From Octopus sinensis (taxonomy: Eukaryota), in assembly GCF_006345805.1 (NCBI RefSeq), contig NW_021832356.1, positions 1 through 30,828 of the forward strand: a stretch of DNA of 30,828 nucleotides, written 5' to 3'. Made by a program: the position numbers and the translations under genes. Numbering within the stretch: the first letter of the stretch is position 1; every line of letters starts with the position of its first letter. The notes below the pieces were generated by a model. The model ran no database searches and was not told the DNA's origin. It saw only the letters and a program-made list of their open reading frames with translations. Positions 1-10,692 of this stretch are shown here, piece after piece.

Positions 1-70
1 TCTCGATGCCAAAGTGTTTGGGACAAGTCCTTCTAGATCTCCAGATGTATATTATGGCATATCATTATAT

Positions 71-250
71 ATCATCATCATCATCATCATCGTCTAACGT
101 CCACTTTCCATGCTAGCATGGGTTGGACGGTTTGACTGAGGACTGGCAAACCAGATGGCTGCACCAGGCTCCAATCTGATCTGGCAGAGTTTTTACAGCT
201 GGATGCCCTTCCTAACGCCAACCACTCTGAGAGTGTAGTGGGTGCTTTTT
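71..250 (-). mobile_element. Family A retroposon 3' end with (GAT)n tail (RTE-type tail inferred)
   Basis: Reverse complement reads GGTTGGCGTTAGGAAGGGCATCCAGCTG...CCCATGCTAGCATGGAAAGTGGACGTTAGACGATGATG. The same tail occurs at 2833-3000, 8761-8854 and 10520-10692. Confidence 0.85.
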
Positions 251-251
251 T

Positions 252-558
252 TGCACTATAGTGTTGAATGCCTCACTGTTTCTGGGGTTGTGTGTTGATA
301 TAAATAGTAGTGTTTTGAGATGAAGTATGGTGTTACGTTTTGTTGTTCTTAGAGTTCTATGTCTAATTTTTTGGTATGTTTAATTCCCTCGTCGATAAGT
401 GAGGGTGGATATTGTCTTTCAGTAAGCACTTTTTTGAGGTCTTGAAGACGAAGGTCCCAAGGCACTATTGTGCAAATCCTTTTTGCCAAATCGAAAGGGA
501 TATTTATTTTGATGTGTTTCGGGTGGCATGAGTTAAAGAGGAGATATTGTGTTGAAGT
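252..558 (-). pseudogene. Penelope-like element RT C-terminal/linker relic
   Basis: Manual translation from 549 down gives QYLLFNSCHPKHIKINIPFDLAKRICTIVPWDLRLQDLKKVLTERQYPPSLIDEGIKH. After a frameshift near 350 it continues LLFISTHNPRNSEAFNTI. This resembles the PLE YLxFxSxHPxHxKxxIP...LAxRI motif. Confidence 0.8.
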
Positions 559-719
559 GAAGAAATGAAACTCGTCAATAAGACATTTTAACAGAAAATG
601 ATGGATATGTATAGTGATTTACTGAATGCTATTAATATTGTTTGAAAAACGTTATATGATATAATATCAGAAGGGAAAAATAGACTCATCTGTTTATATA
701 TATATATATATATATATCA

Positions 720-776
720 TTTTTTCATTTTATCTAGTTTCAGCCCACGAGCTGTGGCCATGCTGGGGCACTGCCA
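720..776 (-). mobile_element. SINE 3' tail fragment related to family B tail
   Basis: Reverse complement GGCAGTGCCCCAGCATGGCCACAGC...GCTGAAACTAGATAAAA resembles the family B tail GGCGGTGCTCCAGCATGGCCGCAGTC...CTGAAACAAG. Confidence 0.65.
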
Positions 777-817
777 TTAACAAATATATATATATATATA
801 ATATATATATATATATA

Positions 818-864
818 TCTAATATAGGATAAAATTTTTTGAAAAAATTTTATCCTATGTTAGA
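818..864. repeat. 23-bp near-perfect palindrome with 1-nt loop
   Basis: TCTAATATAGGATAAAATTTTTT-G-AAAAAATTTTATCCTATGTTAGA, with one T:G pair. Confidence 0.9.
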
Positions 865-1444
865 TGCAAATTTAATAGCATTCACTTCCGGACTCTCTTA
901 CTCTGTGAAAGTTTCTAGTTCGAATCGCATGTGTCTCGAGAGGTGCTGAAGATTTTCTGTTTTGGATATATTTGGGGTTGCTTTTTCCATGGGTATGAGT
1001 AAGTATTTCATTTACGTCTTACGTATTTATCGCTGACGAAGAGAAAATTCTTATGAATTAACACTGAAATTGGGACAAATATGGTAATGACGGAATTTTT
1101 TAGAAATTTCTGTCGGCTTGTTTTGAGGCACGTGTTAATAGTGATAAATTATATGATAAATTATATGGTTATTGACAATTTGCCTATTTTCGGCATTTTT
1201 GGCATCAAAATTCTTTTTTTTCTTTTGCCCTTTTTTTATAAGTTATATAGTATAGATATATATATATATATATATATATTATTATATAATATATACATAC
1301 TATAATATTATATGAATATATTTTTTTTTAACAATGAGGATAAAATCTTTAAAATAAATTATCAGTAAATATAAAATACTGATATATATGTATATATATA
1401 TTATATAATATAATATATATGTATGAATATATATGTATATATAG

Positions 1445-1476
<32 letters not shown>

Positions 1477-1641
1477 ATATATACATATTATATATATATA
1501 CTATTATATATATATATATAAATAAAATATGTGTATATATATGTATAATATATATATGTTATCATAATAAAGACATGAGTGTATATGAGGATGTATATGA
1601 GGATTGAATGGTGATAACAACTTAATTCATTTGAAAATTAC

Positions 1642-1729
1642 CATCTGAGACAATGCAAAATGCTGCCAGCAGTTTTTTGATGACAATCAAAGAGATACTG
1701 AGATGAGGGGATTGGGGGGTAATTTATAT
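1642..1729 (-). CDS. Candidate 88-nt internal exon of an unidentified gene
   Basis: Acceptor tccttttctctttAG, donor ATG|GTAATT. Only one frame is open: (D)INYPPIPSSQYLFDCHQKTAGSILHCLR(W). Lies in non-repetitive sequence. No homology recognised. Confidence 0.4.
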
Positions 1730-2039
1730 CTAAAGAGAAAAGGATTTGGCAAATTCTGTGTGGGTGTTTCTGTATGTGTTTAACCCGTAAGATGATGCGT
1801 GGGTGTGTGCGTATGTACGTATGCGTGTAGTTTTTTTTTCTTGTAATAGACACAGAGTTATATAGTTACGTACATGTATACATGTGTACATCTATACAGT
1901 CACACATATAGCTGACTCTCTCTACCTTCATCACTTGCTCTTTCTCTGTGTGCGTGTATATATATATATACATAGTATATATAACATATACATATGTATA
2001 TATATATACATGTATGTATATATCTATATATATATATAC

Positions 2040-2090
<51 letters not shown>

Positions 2091-2135
2091 GTATATATAT
2101 TTATACATATGTATATATATATATATATATATATA

Positions 2136-2533
2136 AGTGGCTGTGTGGTAAGTAGCTTGTCTACCAACCGCATGGTTCCGGGTTCAGTCCCACTGCGTGG
2201 CACCTTGGACAAGTGTCTTCTACTATAGCCTCGGGCCGACCAAAGCCTTGTGAATGGATTTGGTAGAGGGAAACTGAAAGAAGCCCGTTGTATATATGTA
2301 TATATATATATATGTGTGTGTGTTTGTGTGTCTGTGTTTGTCCCCCTAGCATTGCTTGACAACCGATGCTGGGGCGTTTATGTCCCCGTCACTTAGTGGT
2401 TCGGCAAAAGAGACCGATAGAATAAGTACTGGGCTTACAAAAGAATAAGTCCCGGGGTCGAGTTGCTCGATTAAAGGCGGTGCTCCAGCATGGCCGCAGT
2501 CAAATGACTGAAACAAGTAAAAGAGTAAAAGAG
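2136..2533 (+). mobile_element. Family B tRNA-derived CORE-type SINE, near full length (octopus OR-like, name inferred)
   Basis: A-box TGGCTGTGTGG, B-box-like GGTTCAGTCCC, CORE-like ACCTTGGACAAGTGTCTT, internal (TA)n(TG)n and tail ...CTGAAACAAGTAAAAGAGTAAAAGAG. Confidence 0.9.
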
Positions 2534-2543
2534 TATATATATA

Positions 2544-2770
2544 GGTGGTGAGCTGGCAGAAATGTTAGCACGTTGGGCGAAATGCTTAGCGGTATTTTGT
2601 CTGCCGTTACGTTCTGAGTTCAAATTCTGCCGCGGTCGACTTTGCCTTCCATCCTTTCGGGTTCGATTAAATAAGTACCAGTTACACACTGGGGTCGATA
2701 TAATTGACTTAATCCGTTTGTCCTTGTTTGTCCTCTCTATGTTTAGCCCCTTGTGGGTAGTAAAGAAATA
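2544..2770 (+). mobile_element. Family C tRNA-derived SINE
   Basis: Head GGTGGTGAGCTGGCAGAAATG, B-box-like GAGTTCAAATT and central GCCTTCCATCCTTTCGGG motif. Other copies at 18514 and 26534. Confidence 0.85.
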
Positions 2771-2832
2771 TATATATATATGTATGTATGTATCTATATG
2801 TATTCATATATATCTGTATTCATATATATATG

Positions 2833-3200
2833 TCATCATCATCATCATCATCATTTAGCGTCCGCTTTCCATGCTAGCATAGGTTGAAGTTCATCTGAGG
2901 TCTGGGAAGCCAGAAGGCTGCACCAGGCCCGGTCTGATCTGGCAATGTTCTACGGCTGCATGCCCTTCCTAATGCCAACCACTCCGTGAGTGTAGTGGGT
3001 GCTTTTTACGTGCCACCGGCACAGGTGCCAGACGGGGCTGGCAAACGGTCACGGTTGGATGGTACTTTTTATGTGCCACCAGCACAGGGGCCAGGCAAGG
3101 CTGGCAATGGCCATGATCAGATGGTGCTTTTTACGTGCCACCGGCATGGGGGTCAGGCGAGGCTGGCAACGGCCATGATCGGATGGTGCTTTTTACGTTT
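2833..3200 (-). mobile_element. Family A retroposon with internal ~62-bp subrepeats
   Basis: Family A tail at 2833-3000. GT(G/A)CTTTTTA(C/T)GT recurs at 2999, 3062, 3124 and 3186. Confidence 0.85.
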
Positions 3201-3482
3201 GCATGTGTATATATATATATATATAATATATATATATAACATACAAATTATATATATATATATGTATGTATATATACATATATGTAGGACACTCAACAAC
3301 TGGTTCAGGGGCATCCAGTGATGCAGATGTATCGTATCTGCTGATAATTAAATACAACTCATTAAAATGACTGTTCCGCAATGTAACTTTCTGTTTTGTA
3401 GAGAGAAAAGCAGACAGACGGAGCAAATATCTTCATTTATATAGAAGATCAAAAATAAAATCTATCTGTCTATCTATCTATC

Positions 3483-3524
<42 letters not shown>

Positions 3525-3943
3525 TAGATAGATAGATAGATAGATAGATATATAGATATATATGTATATATATATATACACACATATATATACATATATG
3601 TACACACATAGAAATATATATATATATATACATATATACATGTACATATATATACATATATATACATAGATATATATACACACACATATATCTATATATA
3701 CATATATACATGCATATATATATATATATTATATGATTATACATATATATACACATAGATATATATATATATATATATACATATATTGTATATGCTAAAC
3801 CTATATAGACGATTGAATATACATATACATATATATATATATACATATATAATACATATATATATACATATACATATATATATATATAACTATATAATAT
3901 ATTTAAACATATATATACATATATATAATATATATATACATAT

Positions 3944-3994
<51 letters not shown>

Positions 3995-4700
3995 TACACA
4001 CACACATATATACAGATGCATATATATACATATATATGCCATTAGATTCTACTCAAAACAAGACTATCATTTCTTTCAATTCCCATTATTTTACCTTTAA
4101 AAAATAAAAAAAACAAAACAAACAATAATAATAATAATTAAAAATAAGCAGAAAACAAAACCAGTAAAAAAAAAAATAGACAATACTGATAAAAAAAAAC
4201 CCCCACAAATATACCTAAAATAGCAAAAAAAATAAACAAACAGAAACAAACAACAAAAAACAAAATAACATGTTACAAAATGACAGAAGTTCCAATTTGC
4301 AGATGAGAATTAAGATTAGGGGTTTTCCTTTTAAATTTCAGGGGAAATCTATTTATGGAAAGCACGTTAAATTGAATGTTCTTTTAAGCGACATAGCTAT
4401 GACATGGCAATCAAGGAATTCGTCTGAGTGTGTGCAAGGGTCTCTCTCTCTCTCTTTCACTCACTCTCTCTCTCTCTATATCTCACTTCCCTTCCACCTC
4501 TTTATCTACCTGTTTGTCTCTTTCTCTGTTTGTCTGTTAGTTTGACTGTCTATCTGTCTGTCTGTCTGTCCGTGTCTCTGTAGTGCTCTAGTTTATGTGT
4601 ATACTTAGGCATATAAGATGAGCTATATAAAAATATGCATTCATATAATGGTGTATGCATGTCTCTCTCTCTCCTCTCTATATATATATATATATATATT

Positions 4701-4877
4701 TAGGCGTAGGAGTGGTTGTGTGTTAAGTACCTTGTTTACCAACTACATGGTTCCGGATTCACTCCCACTGCGTGGCACCTTGGGCAGATATCTTCTACTA
4801 TAGCCTCAGGCCGAACAAAGCCTTGTGAGTGGATTTGCAAGATGGAAACTGAAAGAAGCCTGTCGTATATATATATA

Positions 4878-4910
<33 letters not shown>

Positions 4911-5071
4911 GGTGTAGGAGTGGCTGTGTGGTAAGTACCTTGTTTACCAACCACATGGTTCCGGATCAGTCCCACTGCGTGGCACCTTGGGCAGATATCT
5001 TCTACTATAGCCTCAGGCCGAACAAAGCCTTGTGAGTGGATTTGCAAGTTGGAAACTGAAAGAAGCCTGTC

Positions 5072-5108
<37 letters not shown>

Positions 5109-5270
5109 TGTAGGAGTGGCTGTGTAGTAAGTAGCTTGTTTACCAACCACATGGTTCCGGGTTCAGACTCACTGCGTGGCATCTTGGGCAAGTGTCTTCT
5201 ACTATAGCCTCGGGCTGACCAAAGCCTTGTGAGTAGATTTGGTAGACGGAAACTGAAAGAAGCCTGTCGC

Positions 5271-5306
<36 letters not shown>

Positions 5307-5465
5307 TTGCGTGTCTGCGTTTATCCTCCCAACATCGCTTGACAACCGATGCTGGTGTGTTTACGTCCCCGTAACTTAGCAGTTCGGCAAAAGAGACCGA
5401 TAGAATAAGTACTAGGCTTACAAAGAATAAGTCCTGGGGTCAATTTGCTTGACTAAAGGCAGTGC
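4701..5465 (+). mobile_element. Three tandem family B SINE heads; the third continues into the 3' half
   Basis: Heads at ~4701, ~4909 and ~5105, separated by (TA)n. Copies 1 and 2 share private variants (GGGCAGATATCT, CCTCAGGCCGAACAAAG, GATTTGCAAG). Confidence 0.9.
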
Positions 5466-5550
5466 CTCAAGGTGCCACGCAGTGGGACTGAACCCAGAAT
5501 CCTGTGGTTCGTAAGCAAGCTACTTACCACACAGCCACTCCTGCGCCTAT
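5466..5550 (-). mobile_element. Family B SINE head fragment, inverted
   Basis: CAAGGTGCCACGCAGTGGGACTGAACCC...CACACAGCCACTCCTGCGCCTA is the reverse complement of the family B head. Confidence 0.9.
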
Positions 5551-5661
5551 ATACGCACATACACAAGAAAAATGCAGGGTGAAAGGTAATATACAGAAAA
5601 ATATGTAAAAATATATAAAGCAATAAAAATATATAAAACTTTGTAAAAAATATATATATAT

Positions 5662-6054
5662 AGGTGCAGGAGTGGCTGTGTGGTAAGTAGCTTGCTAACC
5701 AGCCACATGGTTCCAGGTTCAGTCCCACTGCATGGCATCTTGGGCATGTGTCTTCTGCTATAGCCCCGGGCCGACCAATGCCTTGTGAGTGGATTTGGTA
5801 GACGGAAACTGAAAGAAACCTGTCGTATATATGTATATATATTTGTGTGTATGTTTGTGTGTCTGTGTTTGTCACCCTAGCATTGCTTGGCAACCGATGC
5901 TGGTGTGTTTACATCCCCGTCACTTAGCGGTTTGGCAAAAGGGCCAATAGAATAAGTACTGGGCTTACAAAGAATAAGTCCCGGGTTCGATTTGCTTGAC
6001 TAAAGGCGGTGCTCCAGCATGGCCACAGTCAAATGACTGAAACAAGTAAAAGAG
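5662..6054 (+). mobile_element. Family B SINE, full length
   Basis: Head, internal (TA)/(TG) tract and tail all match 2136-2533. Confidence 0.9.
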
Positions 6055-6260
6055 AGAACGAGATAAAATATAGAAAGAGATAAAGTGCTTGTACGTGGAC
6101 ACCATATTAAAAGCAGGTCTATTTCTGGTCTTGAGGGGACCAAAAACAACAAATATTTAGCCAAATATGGACATGAACCAAAATGTTCAGTTCTTGAATT
6201 TAGACATGTAGCAGGGTCGAAGCTGCTTTTCCAGATGAACTATCTTTCCATATCACAGCC

Positions 6261-6470
6261 AGGTTCAACAATCATACCTTGAGCTTCAGACACTGGGATA
6301 AAAGGAAAACAACCAAATTATCCAGTCACATATGGACCTTAAAAGATAAAGGTGTCAGTTACAACATCCATTGGAAGATCTTAGCCAAGTATAAGCCTTA
6401 CACCAACAGCAGTGGAAAGTGCGGTCTTTATGATATGGAAAGATGGCACATCTGGAAAAGCAGCAATTAA
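6261..6470 (+). pseudogene. Penelope-like element GIY-YIG endonuclease C-terminal relic
   Basis: In-frame RFNNHTLSFRHWDKRKTTKLSSHIWTLKDKGVSYNIHWKILAKYKPYTNSSGKCGLYDMERWHI. Resembles the PLE motif R(Y/F)xNHxxSF...TxLSx(H/Y)IWxLK...YxIxW...CxLCxxEKxxI. Confidence 0.8.
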
Positions 6471-6725
6471 TATACATGTACCAGCAGTTGCCAGGAATGC
6501 ATTTAATATATATAAATTGGTATATTCAATTATATTACATTGCTATAGTTGGTGGTTGTTTAAGCAATGTGTTTGTGGATGGCTAATGGTTTGGATGTTG
6601 TACTGACGAAAGAGCAATGACTCTTGAAATGTGTATATACACGCATTACCTATTTTTCTATCTTTAATTGCATTGTTTTCATAGACATATTTGTATACAA
6701 AATTTTGTAATAAATCAGTCCCAGC
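6460..6725 (+). mobile_element. Dispersed hammerhead-bearing repeat, copy 1 (PLE pseudo-LTR-like)
   Basis: Aligns with 12222-12932 (+) and 11747-12030 (-). Directly follows the GIY-YIG relic on the same strand. Confidence 0.8.
6599..6639 (+). ncRNA. Minimal type I hammerhead-ribozyme-like motif
   Basis: TGTA-CTGACGA-AAGAG caatga CTCTT-GAAA-TGTG-TA-TATA: both core segments, a 5-bp stem II and a 4-bp stem I with one G:U. Helix III ATGTGT reads as CpG-decayed ACGCGT. Confidence 0.6.
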
Positions 6726-6734
6726 TACACGTCT

Positions 6735-7038
6735 CAAGTCATGGTATGTTCTTGAGCAAGATAATTCATTTCATGATGTGCTGGTGCAGTGTGAGGAGAG
6801 CTACACTGAAGAACAGACCCAACGTTTCTTATGCCTGTTGTTAAAGGTGACTAAAAGAAGTTGAGGTAGGATTTTCCTTCTGGAAAACCCTCATGAAAAA
6901 CCCTCACCAGCAATGACTGTCCAATAAAGAGACCCATGGTCGGAGGGTTGTCGCCTGAATGGTGCAAATGGGTCATCTGTCAAGGAATCGCCAAGAAATG
7001 GTAGATGCAGTGACGTGCTGTTACAGCACATGCTTCCA

Positions 7039-7094
<56 letters not shown>

Positions 7095-7095
7095 T

Positions 7096-7154
<59 letters not shown>

Positions 7155-7200
7155 ATACTAATACTAATACTACTACTGCTACTACTACTACTACTATACT
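6735..7200 (+). mobile_element. Family F SINE-like remnant followed by (TAC)n microsatellite
   Basis: CORE-like TGTTCTTGAGCAAGA at ~6749, repeat-like body, and (TAC)n/(TAA) run at ~7040-7200. Only one copy in this window. Confidence 0.4.
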
Positions 7201-7292
7201 ACTATAATAGCACAACAAAAAAGTCGCATTCGCAATTTTGGATAAAAGTTTCAACACCAAAGGCACAATATGCTGTAGCTTAAACCATAATA

Positions 7293-7599
7293 TCTTTATA
7301 TATAAAATTGAAGTTGTGTGTGTGAGACTCTGTCTCCTCCGATTTAGATTCCTAACTACTCCCACATTTTGCGGTGCAGTTTAACCAAAAGCGGGTATCT
7401 TATAGTCGTCATTCATATCGAGCCCCTCTGGGTATTAGCGCGCGTCTACGATGAGTCTACGATTTAAAAAAAAATTTACCATCATTTTTCCGCATTTTTA
7501 ATGATTTTTGCTCGGGTTATATAAGGTAAGTAACTCTCTAAAAATGCTTATATAGTTATTTCCCTTACAAACCCGAGCAACGCCGTGCGATACTGCTAG
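7293..7599 (+). mobile_element. Non-autonomous Helitron-like element
   Basis: 5' A|TCTTTATATATAAAA; 3' GC-rich hairpin-like CCCGAGCAACGCCGTGCG, then CTAG|T. Confidence 0.7.
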
Positions 7600-7612
7600 T
7601 TATATAATATAT

Positions 7613-8200
7613 AAAAACTGTAAAACATTAGCTATATGCAGATATCATTAATATTTATCCAACTTTAATAACACCAAACTAATGACCGCATAAAATATGA
7701 AACGTTTTTCTGCCGCACTCTACGTAGTGGTTTGTGCATATTCATATACTTATATACAACAGCCATCACCCTGTTTATTAAGGTATCGACAGCTCCAACA
7801 GCATAAGTAAAGTCAAACTAATAATAATGAGGAATAAAGAATAAAACAGTATTATAATAGCTATATCACAATACTATTGTCACCTCACTAATGTTATTAT
7901 TATTAAAGAAATAGCCGTATAAAATATGGAGTGTTTTTTTGCCGCATTCGGCAAATCTGAATACAATGTATGAATACAAGATGCCTGATTCAGCATTTTT
8001 GATAAAAAGTTTAAAGGAAAAACACCAAACATGTAGATGTTGAAACAACAATATTAACTAACGTAAAAAACGGTAAAACATTAGCAATATGAGGATGCTA
8101 TTATTATTTGCCTAACTTAAAGAATACCCAAATAATGGTCTTGTAAAATGTGGGAGGTTTTTCTGCTGCAACCCGTATTGGCGTACCATGTTATAATTCT
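7613..8200. repeat. Highly diverged ~228-bp tandem repeat, about 2.5-3 units
   Basis: AAAACxGTAxxAxAxTAGCxATAT at ~7615, ~7843 and ~8067. TAAAATxTG...GTTTTT(C/T)TGC(C/T)GCA at ~7690, ~7919 and ~8144. Confidence 0.6.
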
Positions 8201-8504
8201 ATGCTAAGAATTCAGTTTCTTCTTTTGTATAATAACAAAAGAAATTTTGGTCGTTTTGTGTATCTTGTTATTTTCTTACAAATTTCATTTATATTTCTAA
8301 AGAATGTTTCCTGAGATTTTTTATATAAATAAAAGGAGACAAAATTTCATTATTTAATAAAACCGTTAATGCCAGTGGCCTGTTTACACAATTTCATAAA
8401 CACACACACACACACAAATTATTTTGTGTATATAAATATATATAGATATCTTTATAGAGAGATAGATATAGTTAGAGATATGTATATATATATGTGTGCT
8501 TGTA

Positions 8505-8539
<35 letters not shown>

Positions 8540-8594
8540 GTATAAGTATGTATGTATGTATGTACATAAAGATATACACATATGTATGCGTGTA

Positions 8595-8642
<48 letters not shown>

Positions 8643-8760
8643 ATATATATAGTATGTATGTTTATATATGTACATAAATATACATACGTACATATGTATG
8701 CATATATATATATGTGTCTGTGTGTGTGTGTGTGTGTGTGTATGTGTGTGTATGTATGTG

Positions 8761-8854
8761 TGCAGCCTTCGGGCTCCCCAGACCCCAGTTGAACCGTCCA
8801 ACCCATGCTAGCATGGAAAGCAGACGTTAAACGATGATGATGATGATGATGATG
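8761..8854 (+). mobile_element. Family A 3' tail fragment
   Basis: ...GAACCGTCCAACCCATGCTAGCATGGAAAGCAGACGTTAAACGATGATG. Confidence 0.85.
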
Positions 8855-9019
8855 TATGTATGTATATATATGTACATAAATATACATACATACATATGTA
8901 TGCATATATATATATGTGGTGTGTGTATGTGTGTGTATATATATATATATGTGTGTGTATGTGTATGTGTGTGTGCTCACATATACCAATATAAATGTAT
9001 ATATATTTGTATCTTTATG

Positions 9020-9057
<38 letters not shown>

Positions 9058-9444
9058 AAGATACAGATATATATATATACATACATATTGCTATATGTGA
9101 GCACACACATATACACACACACATATATATATTATATATATATATATATAATATATACATATATAGATATATATTTTTGCATTTATACACATACACACTC
9201 ACACTCATACACACAGATTTAGTTTTGTTATTTCGTTTTACTTCTTTCATCTGTTCCGAAATAGAACCCGAGATAATTTTTTTTTTTTTTTTGTGATTTT
9301 TAAATCTGATATAAAATATATTTTCATTATCTCTCCACCTGGTTATATAAGTTATCGGAATTTAAATGAAAATTTTTATCAGGAAATGCACCGCAAAAAA
9401 AAAAAAATTTATTCATCGACATCGTTCTCCAATAAAAGAGAATA

Positions 9445-9627
9445 CCATCATCGCCATTGTCTTCATCATCATCATCGTCATCGTCGTCATCGTCGTCGTC
9501 GTCGTCGTCATCATCATCATCATCATCGTCATCATCACCATCAGCGTCATCATCATCATCGTCATCATCGTCACCATCATCATCATCATCATCATCGTCA
9601 TCATCATCATCATCATCATCATCATCG

Positions 9628-9659
<32 letters not shown>

Positions 9660-10052
9660 GTCGTCATCATCATCATCCTCATTATTATCATCGTCATCAT
9701 CGTCATCGTCGTCGTCATCATCATCATTGTCATCATCATATCATCATCATCATCATCATCGTCATCATCATCATCATCATCATCATCATCGTCATCGTCA
9801 CCATCATCATCATCATTGTCATCATCATCGTCGTCATCATCATCATCATCATCATCATCGTCGTCGTCGTCATCATCATCATCATCATCATCATCGTCAT
9901 CGTCATCGTCATCATTATCATCATCATCGTCGTCGTCGTCGTCATCATCGTCATCATCACCATCAGCATCATCATCATCATCATCATCATCGTCATCGTC
10001 ATCATCATCATCATCATCATCATCATCGTCATCATCATCATCATCGTCATCG
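9445..10052. repeat. (CAT/CGT)n compound microsatellite, ~600 bp
   Basis: Direct reading. It accounts for the poly-H/S/I/D/M ORFs here. Confidence 0.95.
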
Positions 10053-10178
10053 GGAGTTGTACAAACATAATCATTAAAATGTTTTGTGTTCTGTAGAAGT
10101 AAAACCACAATTTTAACAATACAATCTTATGTGGATCCCACCAAAATCATTTGGACCCCTCATTGGACTATATATACA

Positions 10179-10692
10179 CAAAGACCTGTTGAGGCAAGCG
10201 AAGTCGATATCGAACCTCATCCGACGACAGGCATCTATGCCTACCCCACCTTTGCTTGTGAAGACCTGGGGTTGAAGGGCAAATAAATCGAATCGAAATT
10301 AGAAATCCGTAATCGAAATCTGGAACCATGAACTCCTATGACTGGCACCTGGCAGATGCCTGGACCCCTGGAGGAGGATACGTAAAAAGCCCATCCGACT
10401 CGTGGCCGAAGCCAGTTTCGCCTCGACTGGCTTCCGTGCAGGTGGCACGTAAAATGCACCAATCCGACCGTGGCCGATGCCAGCCTCGCCTGGCTCCAGT
10501 GCAGGTGGCATGTAAAAAGCACCCACTACACTCACGGAGTGGTTGGCGTTAGGAAGGGCATCCAGCTGTAGAAACATTGCCAGATTAGACCGGAGCCTGG
10601 GGCAGCCTTCTGGCTTCCCAGATCCCCGGCCGAACCATCCAACCCATGCTAGCATGGAGAACGGACGTTAAACGATGATGATGATGATGATG
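10179..10692 (+). mobile_element. Family A retroposon, longest copy in the window
   Basis: Begins AAAGACCTGTTGAGGCAAG, has two internal ~62-67-bp subrepeats (CGTAAAA...GGTGGCA) and ends GTTAAACGATGATGATG. Confidence 0.8.

Noticed and set aside
1033-1075. CTGACGA-AGAG...TCTT as a hammerhead core
   Set aside because: GAAA does not follow stem II directly and no helix III/UH could be assigned.
2136-2215. tRNA genes at the SINE heads
   Set aside because: They have A/B boxes but no complete cloverleaf, and they continue into SINE bodies.
4339-4425. Plus-strand exon after the strong acceptor ttttccttttaaatttcAG
   Set aside because: No convincing donor and no recognisable peptide.
4736-5893. Recurrent ORFs such as MRQASFSFRLPN... 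and ...[19 protein letters not shown]
   Set aside because: These are antisense translations of family B SINE heads, repeated at every copy.
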